From the IMG/VR virus record IMGVR_UViG_3300045988_168171, positions 1-34,861 of that record: 34,861 nt of DNA, one strand, 5' to 3'. This DNA comes from a virus. The notes beneath the pieces are model-generated. The model saw only the letters and a list, made by a program, of their open reading frames with translations. It did not search any database and was not told where the DNA came from. Positions within the stretch are counted from its first letter, which is position 1, and each line of letters begins with the position of its first letter. The translations under genes were made by a program, and so were the position numbers. Positions 12,984 to 21,684 of the stretch are shown here, piece after piece.

Positions 12984-13190
12984 ATGATTGACAAATTAGT
13001 CGATAGAGGATTCGATAAAGTGTGTGATAATCAAGTCCTTTTGATATACGAAAAGGGGATGGACAAAATCACCATCAACAAGATAGCCAAGACGATAAAA
13101 GCAGAAAACACATTCAATGGAATAGGACTTGAGTTATCGTTTATAGAATTAAAGATCATTTATGAGATGATCAGTGAAATGGAGGATTAG
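12984..13190 (+). CDS. Hypothetical protein (68 aa)
   Basis: AAAGGAGGAGG RBS. ORF track. Confidence 0.6.
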   Translation: MIDKLVDRGFDKVCDNQVLLIYEKGMDKITINKIAKTIKAENTFNGIGLELSFIELKIIYEMISEMED

Positions 13191-13383
13191 GAAGAAAAAA
13201 GAAAACAAGGAACTAAATGACATGATTGCTCGTCAGATCCAGAAAAGTTACACAGCTGACGAGCAGAAAAGAAAAGTTCATAAATTAGGCACGATTTGTG
13301 TACAGAATGGAATTGATGAAAACGATCTTTTTAAATTGATCAGAGATAGAAAGTCGATCGAAGATTATGAATGGACATCCTAG
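13174..13383 (+). CDS. Hypothetical protein (start uncertain: GTG 13174 or ATG 13222)
   Basis: ORF track. Basic N-terminus. Confidence 0.5.
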   Translation: MKWRIRKKKENKELNDMIARQIQKSYTADEQKRKVHKLGTICVQNGIDENDLFKLIRDRKSIEDYEWTS

Positions 13384-13396
13384 GAGGTTAGAGTAA

Positions 13397-13855
13397 ATGG
13401 ACAGAAAAGACTATATCCGAGCAAAAACAGATATTCTTTGGAGCAAGTTATATAACTATCGTAGATTTAATACGGAATACTTGTTTCTTCAAGATGAACT
13501 GGCAAAGTTGGATGAGAAGGTAAAGGATCTTCAAAAGCCAAAAGGAATATCGTTAAGTGATGATCGTGTACAGAATCCAAAAAGTCAGGACACGATATTG
13601 TTGGAAATATTCACAAAACAAAAGCAAGTTGAGAAGGAAATGCTGTTTGCGTTTGGCAAGATGAGTGAAATACGAACGATCATCAACTTAATAGAAGATG
13701 AGGACATCAAGGGTATAGCAATTAAGAAGTTCGTCAATGATGTATCCTGGGATGAATTAGCACATGAGTATTGCTGCGATCGTGGCACTTTGGTCTATAA
13801 GATAAAAAAGGAACTTTCGAAATTTCTTCATTTTTCACAATGTGAAAAGGATTAG
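13397..13855 (+). CDS. Late-gene transcriptional activator (RinA/ArpU / sigma-70 region-4-like)
   Basis: 152 aa, the last early gene before the packaging module. LYNYRRF near the N-terminus and a C-terminal VSWDELAHEYCCDRGTLVYKIKKEL HTH, as in RinA/ArpU-type regulators. Confidence 0.6.
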   Translation: MDRKDYIRAKTDILWSKLYNYRRFNTEYLFLQDELAKLDEKVKDLQKPKGISLSDDRVQNPKSQDTILLEIFTKQKQVEKEMLFAFGKMSEIRTIINLIEDEDIKGIAIKKFVNDVSWDELAHEYCCDRGTLVYKIKKELSKFLHFSQCEKD

Positions 13856-13885
13856 TGTGTTATTATGATATCGTCGAAAAGATCA

Positions 13886-13911
13886 GGACAAGAGAGTCTT
13901 GGTCTTTTTTT
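13886..13911 (+). terminator. Intrinsic terminator ending the early operon
   Basis: ggacaag / cttggtc stem (one bulged G) with a 5-nt loop, followed by ttttttt (13905-13911). Confidence 0.5.
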
Positions 13912-13913
13912 GT

Positions 13914-14001
13914 GCAATGTTGGGAGAATTGGTGAATCCGATAGTTTGCTAAACTATTGTGCTGTCAGGCACTGAAGGTTCGAGTCCTTCACATTGCGCC
14001 A
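13914..14001 (+). tRNA. tRNA-Ser (anticodon GCU), type II with a long variable arm, CCA encoded
   Basis: Hand fold: acceptor gcaatgt/acattgc, 3-bp D stem, anticodon stem atagt/actat, loop ttGCTaa, variable arm tgtgctgtcaggcact, T arm gaagg-ttcgagt-ccttc, then gCCA. Confidence 0.85.
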
Positions 14002-14004
14002 GAT

Positions 14005-14090
14005 GCTGTGTTGGACAGTAGGGAGTCAAGTGGTCTTGAAAACCATCGTCCTTTGCGGGATTGTAGGTTCGAGTCCTACACACAGCGCCA
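14005..14090 (+). tRNA. tRNA-Ser (anticodon UGA), type II, CCA encoded
   Basis: Hand fold: acceptor gctgtgt/acacagc, loop ctTGAaa, long variable arm, T arm gtagg-ttcgagt-cctac, then gCCA. My fold leaves one extra nucleotide at the D/anticodon junction. Confidence 0.75.
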
Positions 14091-14093
14091 AAT

Positions 14094-14167
14094 GGCAGAT
14101 TGGTGTAACGGTAACATAACAGTCTCTTCAGCTGTTGAAGATGGTTCGACTCCATCGTCTGCAACCA
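14094..14167 (+). tRNA. Atypical tRNA-Lys-like gene (anticodon CUU in the canonical 7-nt loop reading)
   Basis: Cloverleaf folds (D stem gtgt/acat with GG loop, T arm gatgg-ttcgact-ccatc, aCCA). But 1:72 is a G-A mismatch, the loop is ctCTTca with C at position 37, and the variable loop is 4 nt. Confidence 0.6.
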
Positions 14168-14186
14168 AAAAGAAAGGTGGATATTC

Positions 14187-14495
14187 ATGGATTATAGCAG
14201 TAGCAGATGGCGCAAGAAGCGATTGCATATTCTTAAGAAAGATAAGTTTATCTGTCAGGTCATGAAGTGGTATGGCTTGAGAGAAGAAGCAACGATTGTG
14301 CATCACATCTATCCTGCAGATGAATATCCTGAATATAGATTCTGTGATTGGAATTTGATATCTGTATCAGCCAATGGACACAATAAGCTAGAGAATCGAT
14401 TGACTGGAGAGTTAACTGATCTTGGACGTTGGTTGATGGAAAAGACGATACCTGGTCAGGACTGGCGAACGAGCAAAGAGAGGTATTCAATATGA
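14187..14495 (+). CDS. HNH endonuclease (terminase-associated type)
   Basis: CQVMKWYG...VHHIYP...NLISVSANGHNKLE motifs. It sits just upstream of the terminase genes, as in HK97-like cos phages. Confidence 0.85.
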   Translation: MDYSSSRWRKKRLHILKKDKFICQVMKWYGLREEATIVHHIYPADEYPEYRFCDWNLISVSANGHNKLENRLTGELTDLGRWLMEKTIPGQDWRTSKERYSI

Positions 14496-14632
14496 CGGAA
14501 TTACTTGAATCAATTGATATGACCTTGAAACTATATCTTGGCTATCGTGCCGGTCTGATAACGCAAAAACAAATTGCAGAATATCTAGGCATCGACATCG
14601 ATGCACTGGAAAAAGAAAAATATTTTTTATAG
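14492..14632 (+). CDS. Small protein (46 aa) with a possible HTH
   Basis: ATGA overlap with the HNH stop. Translation is MTELLESIDMTLKLYLGYRAGLITQKQIAEYLGIDIDALEKEKYFL. The track ORF begins further upstream at 14429. Confidence 0.45.
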   Translation: MTELLESIDMTLKLYLGYRAGLITQKQIAEYLGIDIDALEKEKYFL

Positions 14633-14634
14633 AT

Positions 14635-14678
14635 CCCCCCTGTTTTTGAAATCGATTCGTAATCAACGAATCTGGGGG
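14635..14678. other. Candidate cos/packaging-recognition structure
   Basis: A C6 run (14635-14640) and G5 run (14674-14678) bracket the nested inverted repeat gattcg (14654-14659) / cgaatc (14667-14672), in the gap between the HNH region and terS. Confidence 0.3.
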
Positions 14679-14746
14679 AGTGGAGGTTTTTCCAACTCTG
14701 GTTGATTTTTGGAGTTAAAGAGAGGCAAGGAGGTGAGGTTCGAAAA

Positions 14747-15094
14747 ATGGCCAATAGAAAAGTGTATGATCGAAAATATCAAATCGTTAAGAAAACCAAA
14801 GAAAACATGCAGAATCTGGGCACTTTCAAAAAAGAGTTCGAGCCTACAATCCGAAGATATGCAGATGTAAGAATCCAATATGATTCTTTAAACCGTTCAA
14901 TCGCAAAATCTCTAAAAAACTCTGAAGACATTCCACCTTCATATTTCAAATCAATTGATAATTTACAGAAACAATTGCTCGTACTTGAAGATACATTGGG
15001 TTTGACTCCAAAAGGATTAAAGACTTTACAAAGGCATGGCTTAGAAACGAAGAAAGTATCCATGTTAGAAAAGGCTTTAAGTGGCGGAATTTAG
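14747..15094 (+). CDS. terS: Terminase small subunit (P27-family-like)
   Basis: AAGGAGGTGAGG RBS before ATG 14747. About 115 aa with LGLTPKGLKTLQ near the C-terminus. Immediately precedes and overlaps terL. Confidence 0.75.
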   Translation: MANRKVYDRKYQIVKKTKENMQNLGTFKKEFEPTIRRYADVRIQYDSLNRSIAKSLKNSEDIPPSYFKSIDNLQKQLLVLEDTLGLTPKGLKTLQRHGLETKKVSMLEKALSGGI

Positions 15095-16826
15095 TGGTAA
15101 GTATGCATCGGATGTCCGATGGTATTGCGAGCAAAGACTTTCTGGAAAGGTCAAATGTAATGAGTACCAGTTAAAAGGGATTGAAAGATTTTACCGAGAT
15201 CTTGAAAATGACAAATATGAATTCGATTCAAAGGATGCGGATTTCGTAATCGGTATTATTGAAAAAACGATTTGTCACATGCAAGGTGAAACACAAGAAG
15301 GAGAACCTTTACGAGGGACTCCTTTTCTTTTGATGCCTTTTCACAAATTCATTGTGTATAACATTTTGGGATTTTATCACAAAGGAACTTCGATCAAGAA
15401 GTTTCATGAAGCTTTGATCTTCATTCCAAGAAAAAATGTTAAAACAAGTTTCTCCGCATCCTTGGCTTATGCGCTTGGATTGCTTTATAGAAAGAGTGGT
15501 TCAAAAGTTTATGTTGTTGCTGCTGCATTGAATCAAACTTTGGAAACATTCAATTTTTTGAAGTACAACATCAAACACATGGGAGAGGATGATAATGACG
15601 GTGGTCATTTTCATATCATCGACAATAATAACGAACATTCCATCAAGGCGGAGATTGCCGATGGAATGTTTGAGTTGAAGGCTTTGGCCGCCAATCCAGA
15701 TGCGCAGGATTCTTTCAACTGTAACGTAGCAATTGCGGATGAGATCCATGCTTTTAAAAAGCCGAAACAATATAACCTTTTCAAAGAAGCGATGAAAGCT
15801 TATACCAATAAGCTCATGATCGGTATCTCTACTGCCGGTGATGATCCAAACAGTTTCTTAGCGCAAAAGGTCAAATATTGCAAACGTGTATTGGATGGTG
15901 AAATCGAAGATGAACAATACTTCATCTTTATAGCGGAAGCCGATATGTCAACCAATGATAAAGGTGGTAAGTATTTAGATTATTTGAATCCAGATGTGCA
16001 GGCAATGGCCAATCCAGGAATTGGTCAAAGCGTACGTGCTGCGGACCTGATGAACGATGCGATCCAGGCGCAGAATGATCCACAACAGAGAAAGGACTAT
16101 TTTGCAAAATCGTTGAATGTATTCACAAATCAGATCGATACATATTTCGACATGCCTTTGGTTGTAGCATCGGATATGAAGTACGATTGGACGATCGAAG
16201 AACTGGCCAAGTTACCAATCAAATGGTATGGCGGTGCGGACTTATCCAAACTCCATGACTTGACCGGTGTGTGTATCTATGGCCGATACAAAAATGTCGA
16301 TATCTGTATCAGCCATGCGTTTATTCCAAAATCCGTTGCCAACTTAAAAGCAGATGAGGATAACATTCCAGTATTTTGGTGGGAAGAAGAAGGATGGTTG
16401 ACGATCTGCAATAGCAACGTGATCGAATATGAAGAAGTTGTGAATTGGTTTATCAAAGTTCGAAAAGCCGGATTCAAGATTCGATGGGTCGGATATGACA
16501 GGCGATATTCAAGAGAATTCATATTGAAAATGAAACGTGCTGGATTCAAGATCCGAGATCAAAAGCAGTTATATGTTGAAAAGACGGAAGCCTTTCGAGA
16601 AATCGAAAAGAAATTCAATATGCAGGAATTCTATTACTTGCATAACAAAGCTTATGAATATTGTGTCGGGAATGTCAAAGTTGTTGAAGACAGTGACGAT
16701 TTTGTAAGATTTCAAAAAGTCATGCCGAACCAACGTATCGACTTGTTCGATTGCAGCGTGATCGGATGTAAACAAATGTTGATTGCGAATGAGAAGTCGA
16801 CATCCGCATCGATGTTTATTGATTAG
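15081..16826 (+). CDS. terL: Terminase large subunit
   Basis: 581 aa. ATPase-like IFIPRKNVKTSFSA (Walker A variant) and VAIADEIHAF (Walker B), plus a C-terminal nuclease-size domain. GTG start. Confidence 0.9.
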   Translation: MAEFSGKYASDVRWYCEQRLSGKVKCNEYQLKGIERFYRDLENDKYEFDSKDADFVIGIIEKTICHMQGETQEGEPLRGTPFLLMPFHKFIVYNILGFYHKGTSIKKFHEALIFIPRKNVKTSFSASLAYALGLLYRKSGSKVYVVAAALNQTLETFNFLKYNIKHMGEDDNDGGHFHIIDNNNEHSIKAEIADGMFELKALAANPDAQDSFNCNVAIADEIHAFKKPKQYNLFKEAMKAYTNKLMIGISTAGDDPNSFLAQKVKYCKRVLDGEIEDEQYFIFIAEADMSTNDKGGKYLDYLNPDVQAMANPGIGQSVRAADLMNDAIQAQNDPQQRKDYFAKSLNVFTNQIDTYFDMPLVVASDMKYDWTIEELAKLPIKWYGGADLSKLHDLTGVCIYGRYKNVDICISHAFIPKSVANLKADEDNIPVFWWEEEGWLTICNSNVIEYEEVVNWFIKVRKAGFKIRWVGYDRRYSREFILKMKRAGFKIRDQKQLYVEKTEAFREIEKKFNMQEFYYLHNKAYEYCVGNVKVVEDSDDFVRFQKVMPNQRIDLFDCSVIGCKQMLIANEKSTSASMFID

Positions 16827-16840
16827 TAGGAGGTGATATC

Positions 16841-18037
16841 TTGTCAAAGAAAAAGAATATTAAAAGAAAACAAACAAGATCTACTTCAAAACAAGATAGA
16901 TCTTCCTTTGGATTATGTGTGAGTGACTGGGATTCCATCATTACCGATGGATATATTCCTTTATCCCAGAATCCAGAAATTATAAGTGCAGTCAATAAGA
17001 TTGCCAATTTGGTAGGAACCATGACCATTTATTTGATGGAAAACCGAAAGAATGGGGACTATCGAATTAAGAATGCTCTATCTAAAATGGTGGATGTAAC
17101 TCCAAATCCTTATATGACACGATCAACATTTATTGCAGGAATCGTGCGTTGCCTACTTTTGGAAGGCGATGGAAATGCAGTGATTTTTCCAAGCACGAAA
17201 AGTGGATTGTTGGAAGGTTTGTATCTGTTGTCACCTGGAACTGTCTCATTTATTCAAGATGGTTTTGCATACAAGATGGGATACAATGGAAAATACTATT
17301 CGAATGATGAATTGATCCATGTGGTGATGAATCCAGATCCATATTATCCTTGGAAAGGGACTGGATATCGGAAGTCTTTGAATTCGGTTGCAAATACATT
17401 GAACCAAGCTTCATCGACAAAAAAAGAATTCATGGAAAGCAAATGGAAACCTTCAATCATTGTCAAAGTAGACAGTATGACCGATGAATTTTCTTCAAAA
17501 GAAGGAAGATCCAAGTTGCTTGAAAAATATGTTTTATCAAATGAAGCCGGAGAACCTTGGTTGATACCAGCCGATGGCTTCGATGTAGTACAAGTGAAAC
17601 CATTATCACTGAATGATCTAGCGATCAGTTCCAGTGTGGAAATGGATAAAAAGACGGTGGCCTCTTTATTAGATGTGCCGCCTTTTGTTTTGGGTGTTGG
17701 GAATTTCAATCGTGATGAATGGAACAATTTTATCAACACTCGAATCAATGTGATATGCACTGCAATCCAGCAGGCATTCACACGATCATTGTTGATCAAT
17801 CCAGATTGGTATTTCAAATTCAATCGCAGATCGTTGATGTCTTATGACTTACAAACACTGTCGACGGTGGCATGTGATTTGATGGCAAGAGGCATCATTT
17901 CTAGAAACGAAGCTAGAGATTCTATGGACTATTCACCGAGGGAAGGCCTAGATGAACTGGTAATGCTTGAGAATTACATACCAGCAGGAATGATCGCAGA
18001 TCAAAAGAAATTGAATCAAGGAGGTGAGAACAAATGA
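16841..18037 (+). CDS. Portal protein (HK97 family-like)
   Basis: 398 aa directly after terL. AGGAGGTG RBS plus TTG start. Position and size are typical. Confidence 0.85.
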   Translation: MSKKKNIKRKQTRSTSKQDRSSFGLCVSDWDSIITDGYIPLSQNPEIISAVNKIANLVGTMTIYLMENRKNGDYRIKNALSKMVDVTPNPYMTRSTFIAGIVRCLLLEGDGNAVIFPSTKSGLLEGLYLLSPGTVSFIQDGFAYKMGYNGKYYSNDELIHVVMNPDPYYPWKGTGYRKSLNSVANTLNQASSTKKEFMESKWKPSIIVKVDSMTDEFSSKEGRSKLLEKYVLSNEAGEPWLIPADGFDVVQVKPLSLNDLAISSSVEMDKKTVASLLDVPPFVLGVGNFNRDEWNNFINTRINVICTAIQQAFTRSLLINPDWYFKFNRRSLMSYDLQTLSTVACDLMARGIISRNEARDSMDYSPREGLDELVMLENYIPAGMIADQKKLNQGGENK

Positions 18038-18606
18038 GAAAAGAAAGACAGATAAGAAGTATCCATTCAAAATTCGAAACCCGTGAAAATGAGGGAAAGA
18101 AATTCATTAGTGGGTATTTCGCTGTATTTAATTCAAATTACGAATTATGGGACAAAGCTTCTGAAAGTGTTGATCCACATGCTTTTGATGAAACATTGGG
18201 AAATGATGTTCGTGCATTGATTGATCATCAGACACATCTGGTTTTAGGTCGAAACAAAGCTGGAACATTGACATTACGCATTGATTCCAGAGGGCTTTGG
18301 GGAGATATAGAAATCAATGAGTCAGATCAAGATGCCATGAATTTATATGCACGTGTTCAAAGAGGGGATGTTGACCAATGTTCTTTTGGCTTTGATATCC
18401 AGGAAGAGAAATTTGAAGAAAGAAAAGATGGTTCCGTTCACTGGACGATTCTAAAAGTAGATCTCTATGAAGTATCTGTTTGTACTTTTCCTGCATATGA
18501 AGAAACATCGGTTTCTGCACGAAAAGCCGACTTGAAATCAATTGAAAAAAGAAAGGTCGATCAATTCAAATCCGATCTTTTAAAACGTTTGAAAGGAGAC
18601 AAATAA
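18034..18606 (+). CDS. Prohead maturation protease (HK97 family-like)
   Basis: 190 aa between portal and capsid. GYFAVFNS...ALIDHQTHLVLGR... pattern typical of S78-type proteases. Confidence 0.8.
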   Translation: MRKERQIRSIHSKFETRENEGKKFISGYFAVFNSNYELWDKASESVDPHAFDETLGNDVRALIDHQTHLVLGRNKAGTLTLRIDSRGLWGDIEINESDQDAMNLYARVQRGDVDQCSFGFDIQEEKFEERKDGSVHWTILKVDLYEVSVCTFPAYEETSVSARKADLKSIEKRKVDQFKSDLLKRLKGDK

Positions 18607-18608
18607 GT

Positions 18609-20282
18609 ATGTCATTAAGAGTTTTGATGGCTCGAAAAAAAAGAGATAACGCTAAAAAGCAATTGGAAGTTTTAAGAGCAAAAGATGCTGATTTCGAAAA
18701 AAGAGAAGCTGAATTAGCTGAAGCTGTTGAAGAGTTGAACGAAAATTCAACAGAAGAAGAAAAGGCTGCAGTTCAAGAAGAAGTTGATAAATTTGAACAG
18801 GAAAAAGCGGATCATGAACAATCTAAACAAGATCTAGAAAAAGATATTGAAGAAGTAGAAAAAGAAATCGAAGAAGTTGAAAGTAAAAATCCGGGAGAAC
18901 CAAAGGCTCCGGAAGTTCCAAACGATGGTGAAGGTCAAGCAAGATCAAAAGGAGGATTTAAACCAATGAACAAAAGAAGCAAATACTTTGGAAATACGAT
19001 TCAGGAACGTGATGCATTCTTTGCACGTGAAGATGTAAAACAATTCTTAGGAAATGTTCGTACTGCAATCAAAGAAAAACGTGCAATCGATAATGCAGGT
19101 CTTTTGATTCCTGAAGTTATGTTGCCAATCATTAAACAGATTGCAGAAGAAAATTCTAAATTATTGAAACATGTAACAGTTCGTAATATTTCTGGTACAG
19201 GACGTCAGAATATCATGAATGATATGCCAGAAGGTATCTGGACTGAAATGTGCGCTTCATTGAATGAATTATCTTTAGGATTTAATGATGTCGAAGTGGA
19301 TGGTTATAAAGTTGGTGGTTACTTCGCAGTATGTAATGCAACTTTAGAAGATAGCGATGAAAACTTAGCTGCTGACATTGTGGAAGCATTAGGGAAAGCA
19401 ATTGGGAAGGCAAAAGATAAAGCGATCCTTTATGGATTTGGTACAAAAATGCCATTAGGTATTGTAACTCGATTGATGCAAGAATCTAAACCAAGTGATT
19501 ATTCAAACACTGCACGTGTTTGGAAAGATCTACATACATCAAATGTATTTACTGGTACAAACTTAAAAGGTGTTGCATTATTCCAAGATATCGTTGATAA
19601 ATCATCTTGCACATACAACGATTATTCAAATAGTGAATTGACTTGGGTGATGAATAAAAAGACTAAGAATAAATTGATGATCGAAGCAATGGGTACAAAC
19701 ATGAACGCTGCAATCGTAAGTGGTATGAATAATACGATGCCAGTTGTTGGTGGAGCAATCGAAACATTGAATTTCATTCCTGATAACACGATCATCTTTG
19801 GACAATTTGATTGCTACTTATTTGCAAATCGTGCTGGACAGAAAATTGAACAATCTAAAGAATGCCGATTCTTAGATGATCAAACAGTATTCAAAGGTAC
19901 TGAACGTTGCGATGGTACACCAGTCATTGCAGAAGCCTTTGGTATCATGACTATTGATGATACTGCTCCTGTTAAGACAATCGCATTCACAGCAGATACA
20001 GCTAATGATGCAACTTTGGAAAACTTGACATTAGGTTCTGAAACATTATCATTCAGTCCAGATACTTACGCATATTCAGTAACAGCTACAGGTGCGGATG
20101 CTCAAGTAGATGCAGTAGCAGCACAAGATGGCGCACGTATCACTGTGGAATATGACGGAAAGAAAATCAACAATGGTTCAAAGATCAAATTTGAAACAAC
20201 AGAAAAAACATTGAAGATCAATGTTAAACATGGCATGGGAAATACAACTTATACCGTAAAAGTTAAGAAAGATGCTGAATAA
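18609..20282 (+). CDS. Major capsid protein (HK97 fold) with N-terminal coiled-coil delta/scaffold region and C-terminal Ig-like domain
   Basis: 557 aa. The N-terminal ~110 aa are highly charged coiled coil. The C-terminal ~95 aa (ATLENLTLGSETLSFSPDTYAYSVTATG...TYTVKVKK) look like a beta-sandwich display domain. Confidence 0.85.
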   Translation: MSLRVLMARKKRDNAKKQLEVLRAKDADFEKREAELAEAVEELNENSTEEEKAAVQEEVDKFEQEKADHEQSKQDLEKDIEEVEKEIEEVESKNPGEPKAPEVPNDGEGQARSKGGFKPMNKRSKYFGNTIQERDAFFAREDVKQFLGNVRTAIKEKRAIDNAGLLIPEVMLPIIKQIAEENSKLLKHVTVRNISGTGRQNIMNDMPEGIWTEMCASLNELSLGFNDVEVDGYKVGGYFAVCNATLEDSDENLAADIVEALGKAIGKAKDKAILYGFGTKMPLGIVTRLMQESKPSDYSNTARVWKDLHTSNVFTGTNLKGVALFQDIVDKSSCTYNDYSNSELTWVMNKKTKNKLMIEAMGTNMNAAIVSGMNNTMPVVGGAIETLNFIPDNTIIFGQFDCYLFANRAGQKIEQSKECRFLDDQTVFKGTERCDGTPVIAEAFGIMTIDDTAPVKTIAFTADTANDATLENLTLGSETLSFSPDTYAYSVTATGADAQVDAVAAQDGARITVEYDGKKINNGSKIKFETTEKTLKINVKHGMGNTTYTVKVKKDAE

Positions 20283-20284
20283 TC

Positions 20285-20560
20285 ATGCTATTAGATAAAG
20301 AAGATAAGCTAGATCTTTTAAAGCGTAATCTTCAAACGAATACAACTGCCAACGATGAATATCTAAAAGCTTTGCTTGATCAATCTGTTGCCTTGATGAA
20401 ACGTAGAGGAATTGTAGAAGAGGACTCGATGGATTATCATATGGCACAGGTTGATTATGCTGCGTTTCTGTTTAGAAAGCGCGCCAATCTAGAAGCACCA
20501 TTCCCTGAACATTTGAAGCAGGAATTGAGAGATATTTTATTCTCTCAAAAAATGAAATGA
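20285..20560 (+). CDS. Head-tail connector protein (gp6-like)
   Basis: 91 aa directly after the capsid gene. Called from position and size. Confidence 0.6.
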   Translation: MLLDKEDKLDLLKRNLQTNTTANDEYLKALLDQSVALMKRRGIVEEDSMDYHMAQVDYAAFLFRKRANLEAPFPEHLKQELRDILFSQKMK

Positions 20561-20898
20561 CATTTGATGACGGTATCGTCAAGATCTATCGAAAAGTGAA
20601 TGAAGCTGGCAAGGGAGAACTTCCTAAGCCAGCTCTTTCTTTTAAATCTTGGCATTATTTTTCTTATGGCATTTTGGGATATGGTCGATTTTATGAAGCA
20701 AAAAAATTAGATGAACAGTTGGAAGATGTAATCAATATCGAAAGGAACCGCCAAATTCATATTGGAGATATTGTAGTTTTGGAAGATGGAACACAATGCA
20801 GTATCAATACCATCAAACATTTAAACGATGAAGATGGGATTGGTTATACAGAATTGGCATTGGGACATATCAATGAACAGTTTGATTTCAAAAATTAA
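20557..20898 (+). CDS. Head closure / head-tail adaptor protein
   Basis: 113 aa, ATGA-coupled. Called from position and size. Confidence 0.6.
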   Translation: MTFDDGIVKIYRKVNEAGKGELPKPALSFKSWHYFSYGILGYGRFYEAKKLDEQLEDVINIERNRQIHIGDIVVLEDGTQCSINTIKHLNDEDGIGYTELALGHINEQFDFKN

Positions 20899-21211
20899 GA
20901 AGATCCATACCGCTTTAAATTCAATTCAATTTGATCATATCTATCATTACGATGCATCGACTTCTTCCAGTAATCGGTATATTGTGTGGCAAGAAGAGGC
21001 ACAGGCAGATTCAAATTATTTGAACAATAATTTGGAAGAACAGACAGTACAGGGGTCCATCGATTTTTACACAAAAACAGAATTTGATGATTTGGCGGAT
21101 GAAATTCAAAAAACACTGGTTGCACATAGCATCGCTTTTTCATTATTTTCAATTCAGTATGAAAAAGAAACAGGATACATTCATTACACATGGAACTGGG
21201 AGGTTTCGTGA
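20873..21211 (+). CDS. Head-tail joining / tail completion protein (putative)
   Basis: ORF track 20828..21211. ATG 20873 gives a shorter overlap with the preceding gene. Called from position only. Confidence 0.5.
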   Translation: MNSLISKIKKIHTALNSIQFDHIYHYDASTSSSNRYIVWQEEAQADSNYLNNNLEEQTVQGSIDFYTKTEFDDLADEIQKTLVAHSIAFSLFSIQYEKETGYIHYTWNWEVS

Positions 21212-21684
21212 TGGCTAAAATTGAAATGGGTAAAGGCTTTGATGCCTATCTTTCAGCGTTAGAAAAATGGGAAAAGAAAGACAATGTACCTGTTATGAAG
21301 ATGGCACTCTATGATGGTGCAAGTGTGGTACTGGATGCGTTGCATCAGGAGATATCAACGTGGTCTGGAACCGATCCGATGAATGGACCGACTTCCATTG
21401 ATAAAGAGGACCTTTTAAAAGGTTTGGGTATTTCTCCTATGGATTATAATGGAAATGATGTAGATGTGAAAATAGGATTTGCCGGATATGGACATAAAAC
21501 TGCTAAATATAATGAAAAAGGAGTTCCGATTCCGATGATTGCAAGGTCGATCATTGCTGGTACTTCCTTTCGTAATAAGTATGATTTTGTCGGTAAAGTT
21601 GTAAGAAAAACTAGAAATCAATCCATTGAAAAAATGGATGAAACTTTAAATAAAGAAATAGAAAAGAGGTTAAGCAATGGCTAA
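21211..21684 (+). CDS. HK97 gp10-like tail component
   Basis: MAKIEMGKGFDAYLSALEK... from ATG 21211 after a GGGAGG RBS. About 157 aa. Position is typical. Confidence 0.6.
   Translation: MAKIEMGKGFDAYLSALEKWEKKDNVPVMKMALYDGASVVLDALHQEISTWSGTDPMNGPTSIDKEDLLKGLGISPMDYNGNDVDVKIGFAGYGHKTAKYNEKGVPIPMIARSIIAGTSFRNKYDFVGKVVRKTRNQSIEKMDETLNKEIEKRLSNG

Noticed and set aside
14005-14090. Suppressor tRNA, because the anticodon spells TGA
   Set aside because: Anticodon UGA reads UCN serine codons, not the UGA stop. The long variable arm and the CUUGAAA loop are standard for tRNA-Ser(UGA).
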